NCBI RefSeq assembly: GCF_009914755.1
Contig: NC_060939.1
Reading direction: 5' to 3' (one strand)
Source: the human T2T-CHM13v2.0 reference genome, Homo sapiens
Length of the DNA: 64,000 bases
This document shows positions 59,647 through 64,000 of this stretch, piece after piece (within the stretch, counting starts at the first letter, position 1; each line of letters begins with the position of its first letter). The notes beneath the pieces were generated by a model. That model saw only the letters and a program-made list of their open reading frames with translations, ran no database searches and was not told where the DNA came from. A program made the translations under genes and the position numbers.

Positions 59647-62600
59647 GGGGCAGAACTTCTTAAGGCAGGCAGCATTGGTCATAGAAGGGGCTAACAAGGA
59701 GGCCATAGGAAGGCTTCCCTATAAAGAGTAGCTAAATACTGACTCTGCAAGGGTCTACACCACCCCTTTTTGATGGGATGGAGCTTGGGGCCAAACAACA
59801 AGGATTCTCTGGGGCATCTGGGGACACAGAGCTGGAGGGAACGGGCTGCCTTCTCTCCAGGAAAACACAGTCTAACAAGGAAGATGAGTGGGGCCATGTT
59901 CTCTGAGGTCCCTTCTGGCCTCAGAATTTTATGATTTTGACTCCTCACAACCCACAAGGAAAAAAAAGGTATAAAAGCTCCCTGGAGAGGGAGGCCTATT
60001 ACCAATGGGGTTGGATATTGTGCTAAGAAGGCAGGATTTTACCCCAAGCTCTGGGGAGCCACCGTAGGACTAAGGCAAATGCAGAGCAATCAGAGAACTG
60101 CAGGCTGTTAGTGCAGATGGGGGCTTGGGGATGCCCAGCTCATTGGCTCCCAAAGTGATGGAGGCAGAATCACCTGAGTGCTTCCTGAAACTCTACCTGC
60201 CCGGCCTCACCCAGGGAGCCCAAACATCCATGATCACATAAGCACCCAGATGACTCTTCAGCGGCTGCCAATTCAGGCTTTGGGATCTTGCTAACACCCA
60301 ACCCCTCTCTGGTCCCATTTTCAGAGGAGGAAAGCAAGACTCAGAGAGGTGAGGCCTCAGTTAAGTCCACACAGCTGGGCAGCACAGAGCCAAGTCTTCT
60401 ACTGGTAGGATTCACAGGCTTGTCCCCTAGACTCTGTCCCCAGGAGCTACAGAGCAACCCAACAGGATGATGATGCCCCAGAGCCTCTGGGACACGTTGA
60501 ACGGCTTTTCCTGTTTCCTTCCTCTGCCAATCCCAGAGTAGATGATCCCGCTGGCCTGTCCCACAGGGCCCCTCCACCCACAGTCATCTGGTGTGCCCTG
60601 CAGTCTGCATGGGTCCTCACACTCTGAGCTCTTCTGAGGCCAGGTCTGAGCTTCCAGGAGGGGACTGCTCCCTAGGAGGGGAGGCTGGGAGGAGAGCGTG
60701 GTTGAGGCCCTTTCCCGGATGGCATTTCAGTTCATTTTCATTAAGCTCCTGCTGCATCACTTCCCGGGAAGGATGCCCCGGAAACAAAGAAAAGAAAGCC
60801 TGGCCTCCATCCACGGAGGCCATGACCTAATGGAGGGAGGGCCTTCAAGAGGCCTCACCAATATGACACAACGTGCCAGGAAGACCCCCAGCCCCGCTCC
60901 CCAGGACAAGGGCCGACAAAGCCTCCACAAAACAAGGCCCCTAGGTAAGAGATCTTCCACGTGTCCCTGGCCCCCAGGGACTGCAGAACTCTAGGATCAT
61001 GACTGGCTGGACCTCGGTGACAGAGCCAGAAAGAGGGAGGGAGATTCTCAAAAGCTCTACTGGTCGGCAGCACTGTCCCTGCCCTGCTGGCTCTATTTGT
61101 GCTAATGGGGTCAGGATTCAGGGCTCAATACCTATTTGGCCAATTAGCTCTGCTCTCTTCAGCCTCATACTGAGGCCCGACCCTGGACACTGAGAGAAGA
61201 GAGGAGCTTGCTGAGGTCACCCAGCAGAACAGGATGAGGGTCAGGAGGGGAAGCTGAGGGTGGGAGAGGTGGGCAGTTCTGGGCAGGCTGGCTCAAGATA
61301 GAGGACCCAGGGCTCTGGGGCGGGCCGGCCCCCACACTGCAGGAAGCCAGGCCCCAGGGGCAGTCTCCCCTGCTGGACCAAGTTTCTTCTAAAAGGTGCT
61401 AATGGCATGAACGGGACCTGTGGACCTGAGGGTCTTTCCTGTCTTTGGGGAAAGGAACAAGTGCCCTCACATCCTCTGAAGATACTGGAGGTGGGAGAAG
61501 CCCATGGCTGACTTTGGCATACAGTGGCTGGGGACTCACATTAATCATTAACAGGGGCTGCTCTAGCCTCCAACGGGGAACTGCAGGGTAATTACTTCTG
61601 GGCTCCAGGCCACACGCTCAGTGACATTATTGCAGGCAACACCTGCCTTCTGGGCCTAGTAAGGCAGGAGAAGCGAGTCTTCTCAAAGGCTGTGCACCTA
61701 GGACCAGGGTGCACACATACACACAGGCAAACACACCACACGTACTCAGATGGCAGCACAGGCAGCCCGCTCAGAGTCCTCAAGGGTGAAGGGCAGGGAC
61801 TAAGGAGTACAGGTTAAAGGAGGCAGGTTCTGAATAAGCAGCCCCCAGCACCTGCCAACACCCACCCCAGCCAGGCGGCCCTTAGCTTAAGCTTCCAAGA
61901 AAGTGCACAGAGTGGTTCTCTCTTTCCTTCAGATCCAGCTCAGAGTCACTTGCTCCAGGATGCCTTCCCTGACCATCAATCCATATTGATCTATTGCTCA
62001 TCTGCCCTCCCATAAACCAGAAGTGGAACCCTACTCTCCATTTTGCCACCTCCAGCACCCTTAATAGTGAAAGCAGTCTTGGAATGGGTGATATGGTATT
62101 CTGGAGGGCATGACTCCCTTAGCTTGCCTCTCTCCAAGCCCAGAGGATAATGTATTAGCCAGCCCCCATTATGTATTAATTTCTGAAAGCCTCGTTCACG
62201 CAGACATAACACATCCACCCACACAGATAAATGCTTAGACAGACACAAAATCATCAGCAGCCAATTATCAGGCCCCCGCAGCTGCCGTGATCAGACCTGG
62301 AGGCCCCGCTGCTTGCTCTGCAATTTGTGGTAGCCCAGAGCTGGGGGAGCAGTGGGTGGAGGGAGTCCCCCTATCCAGCCGGCACGGCTCGAGGTCCAGC
62401 CCTGACCCTGAGGGCACCTGAGCTTGCTGCCTGGCTGAGAACACCAAACACCAGCCCCAAACGATGAAGAGAGCAGAGTTGGGTGGGGAGCTGTCACGTG
62501 TGAGATTTGGTGGCTCTGGCGTCGGCAGTGGTGGCTCTGTTGTTTATTTATAATTTGTACTTTACCTCCCAGAGAGGACCAGAGGCAGCTGGCTCAGATA

Positions 62601-62737
62601 CTAAGAGGTGTAGGAGCTCAGGGAACTTAGGGAGAGCTTCCTAAAGGGGGGCGGGGCACGAAGGTAGAGTCCTGAGCCTTGGTACCTCAGCAAGGGCACC
62701 GAAATTGGCTCAAAGGCTTTGCACAAGGATGCCAGTT

Positions 62738-62910
62738 CCTGACCCTAGACCAAACCCTTCCCTTGGCCACAGACTTAGCCCTGACCCCAGCCACGGACTG
62801 AACCCCAATCCTGGTTACACACTGAGCCCCGACCATTGTCAGAAGCTGAGTTCTAGCCATGGTCACAGAATAAGCCCTGATTCTGGTCACACACTGAGTC
62901 CTAAACCACA
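62738..62910 (+). repeat. Degenerate 24-bp minisatellite
   Basis: Units CTTGGCCACAGACTTAGCCCTGAC, CCCAGCCACGGACTGAACCCCAAT, CCTGGTTACACACTGAGCCCCGAC, CATGGTCACAGAATAAGCCCTGAT, TCTGGTCACACACTGAGTCCTAAA. Confidence 0.8.
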
Positions 62911-64000
62911 GATCAACCCCACTTCTTGACTTTTCTGAAGTCTAGCATGAATAGATCACGTGACCATTTCTCTGGTGGATCAGAGAAAGATACCACTGGA
63001 CACTTGCCCCTTCTCCTCTGAACCCCAATCACCGCCATCCATGAACAGGGGCATTAATGGCACCCGGATATGGTCCCCAAACCCCAAAGGTCTCTAGCAG
63101 TCAGGACCTGCCCAGGAAGAGGAGGTGAGCTGGCATCCCAGCCCAGCATCCTCAGAAACAGCATCCCCAGATCTGGGGTCAGGACAGCATGTCCCAGCCA
63201 CCAGACTCTGCATCTTCAGAAAGGGGAAGGCTCCCTTCTCATGGGAGCAGCCTAATTTTGATGGGATCCTGAAAATATCTATCATCCCAGAAAGACAGGT
63301 ATGAAGCTAGAGTGACAAGAAAAAGCTCCAACTGACAGGACCATTCAGGAAAAGCCTTCCCTGTGAACCCTCTGGCTGGGAAGCTGGGGGTGGACTTAAG
63401 CTTGAAGGCCTTTGCAGACAAGACGTTACACAACCCACTTGGTCTCTGGTTTCGCCTCTGACATACTCTGTGACCTTGAGCCAGCTGCTCCCCCTCTTTG
63501 CTCCTCTACTCCCCATCTATGAAACAAAGGCTCCAGGCCAGCGGCTTGCTAAGGCCTCTCCAGATCTGATATTCCGACACCTGATCGATTTTCTGTGCCT
63601 GCTGACTATCCCTTTCTGAGCCCCTCCTCGACGTTTTAATTCTCAGGAGAATGTTTTCTTGAACTACTTGTGTAATTAAATTTTTTAAACACTAACATAA
63701 AAGAAGGAGGAATGTCAAATTCCAGTTCTGATATTCATGGCTGCATGATTTGGGGGACCTCTCTCTCTCTCTCTCTCCTTTCCTCGTCGGAGGCTTATCT
63801 GTAAGTTGGGGATATAAAACTATTTGGAGGCCATCGTGAAGAATAAATGAAATGGGAGATATAGAGCTCCTAGCACAGCCTGGCACATGGTAGGTGCTTT
63901 GTAAATGGTGGTTACTGATCTGTGAACCCACCTGGCTTTAGTCTCTGTTGATTTGAGTCTAGGGCTATAAAATCCAAAGCCTACAGGGGTCAGGCAGCTA

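Noticed and set aside
62705-62929. ORF with 8-aa periodicity as a repeat protein
   Set aside because: Explained by the 24-bp DNA repeat; TTG start and no splice support

Overview
Human (primate) genomic DNA matching the NEO1-HCN4 locus (15q24), with the two genes convergent. Plus strand: the last three coding exons of neogenin (NEO1, intracellular tail ending ...LMKDLNAITTA*) and its ~2.5 kb 3'UTR. Minus strand: exons 2-8 and the 3'UTR of the pacemaker channel HCN4 (S1-S6, CIGYG filter, C-linker/CNBD, C-terminal SNL); exon 1 lies beyond the window end. All splice junctions were placed by eye at GT/AG with consistent phases. The rest is Alu, L1, L2, MIR, MaLR/ERVL LTR and hAT repeats plus microsatellites. 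HCN4 intron 1 carries a perfect REST/NRSF RE1 site and a MEF2+AP-1+GATA module. The best unexplained signal is a CpG-rich island just past the HCN4 3' end with three phased RFX X-boxes. It is followed on the minus strand by a strong splice donor and a chain of small exon-like segments, suggesting a hidden RFX-driven (ciliary/testis-type) gene, unitary pseudogene or lncRNA in the NEO1-HCN4 gap; this model is hypothetical. Other items: a palindromic bidirectional polyA signal, a local inverted L1 duplication inside a microsatellite, an ancient 24-bp minisatellite at two distant intronic sites, and an in-frame stop-free HCN4 intron 5. Repeat subfamily names and boundaries are by eye and approximate.
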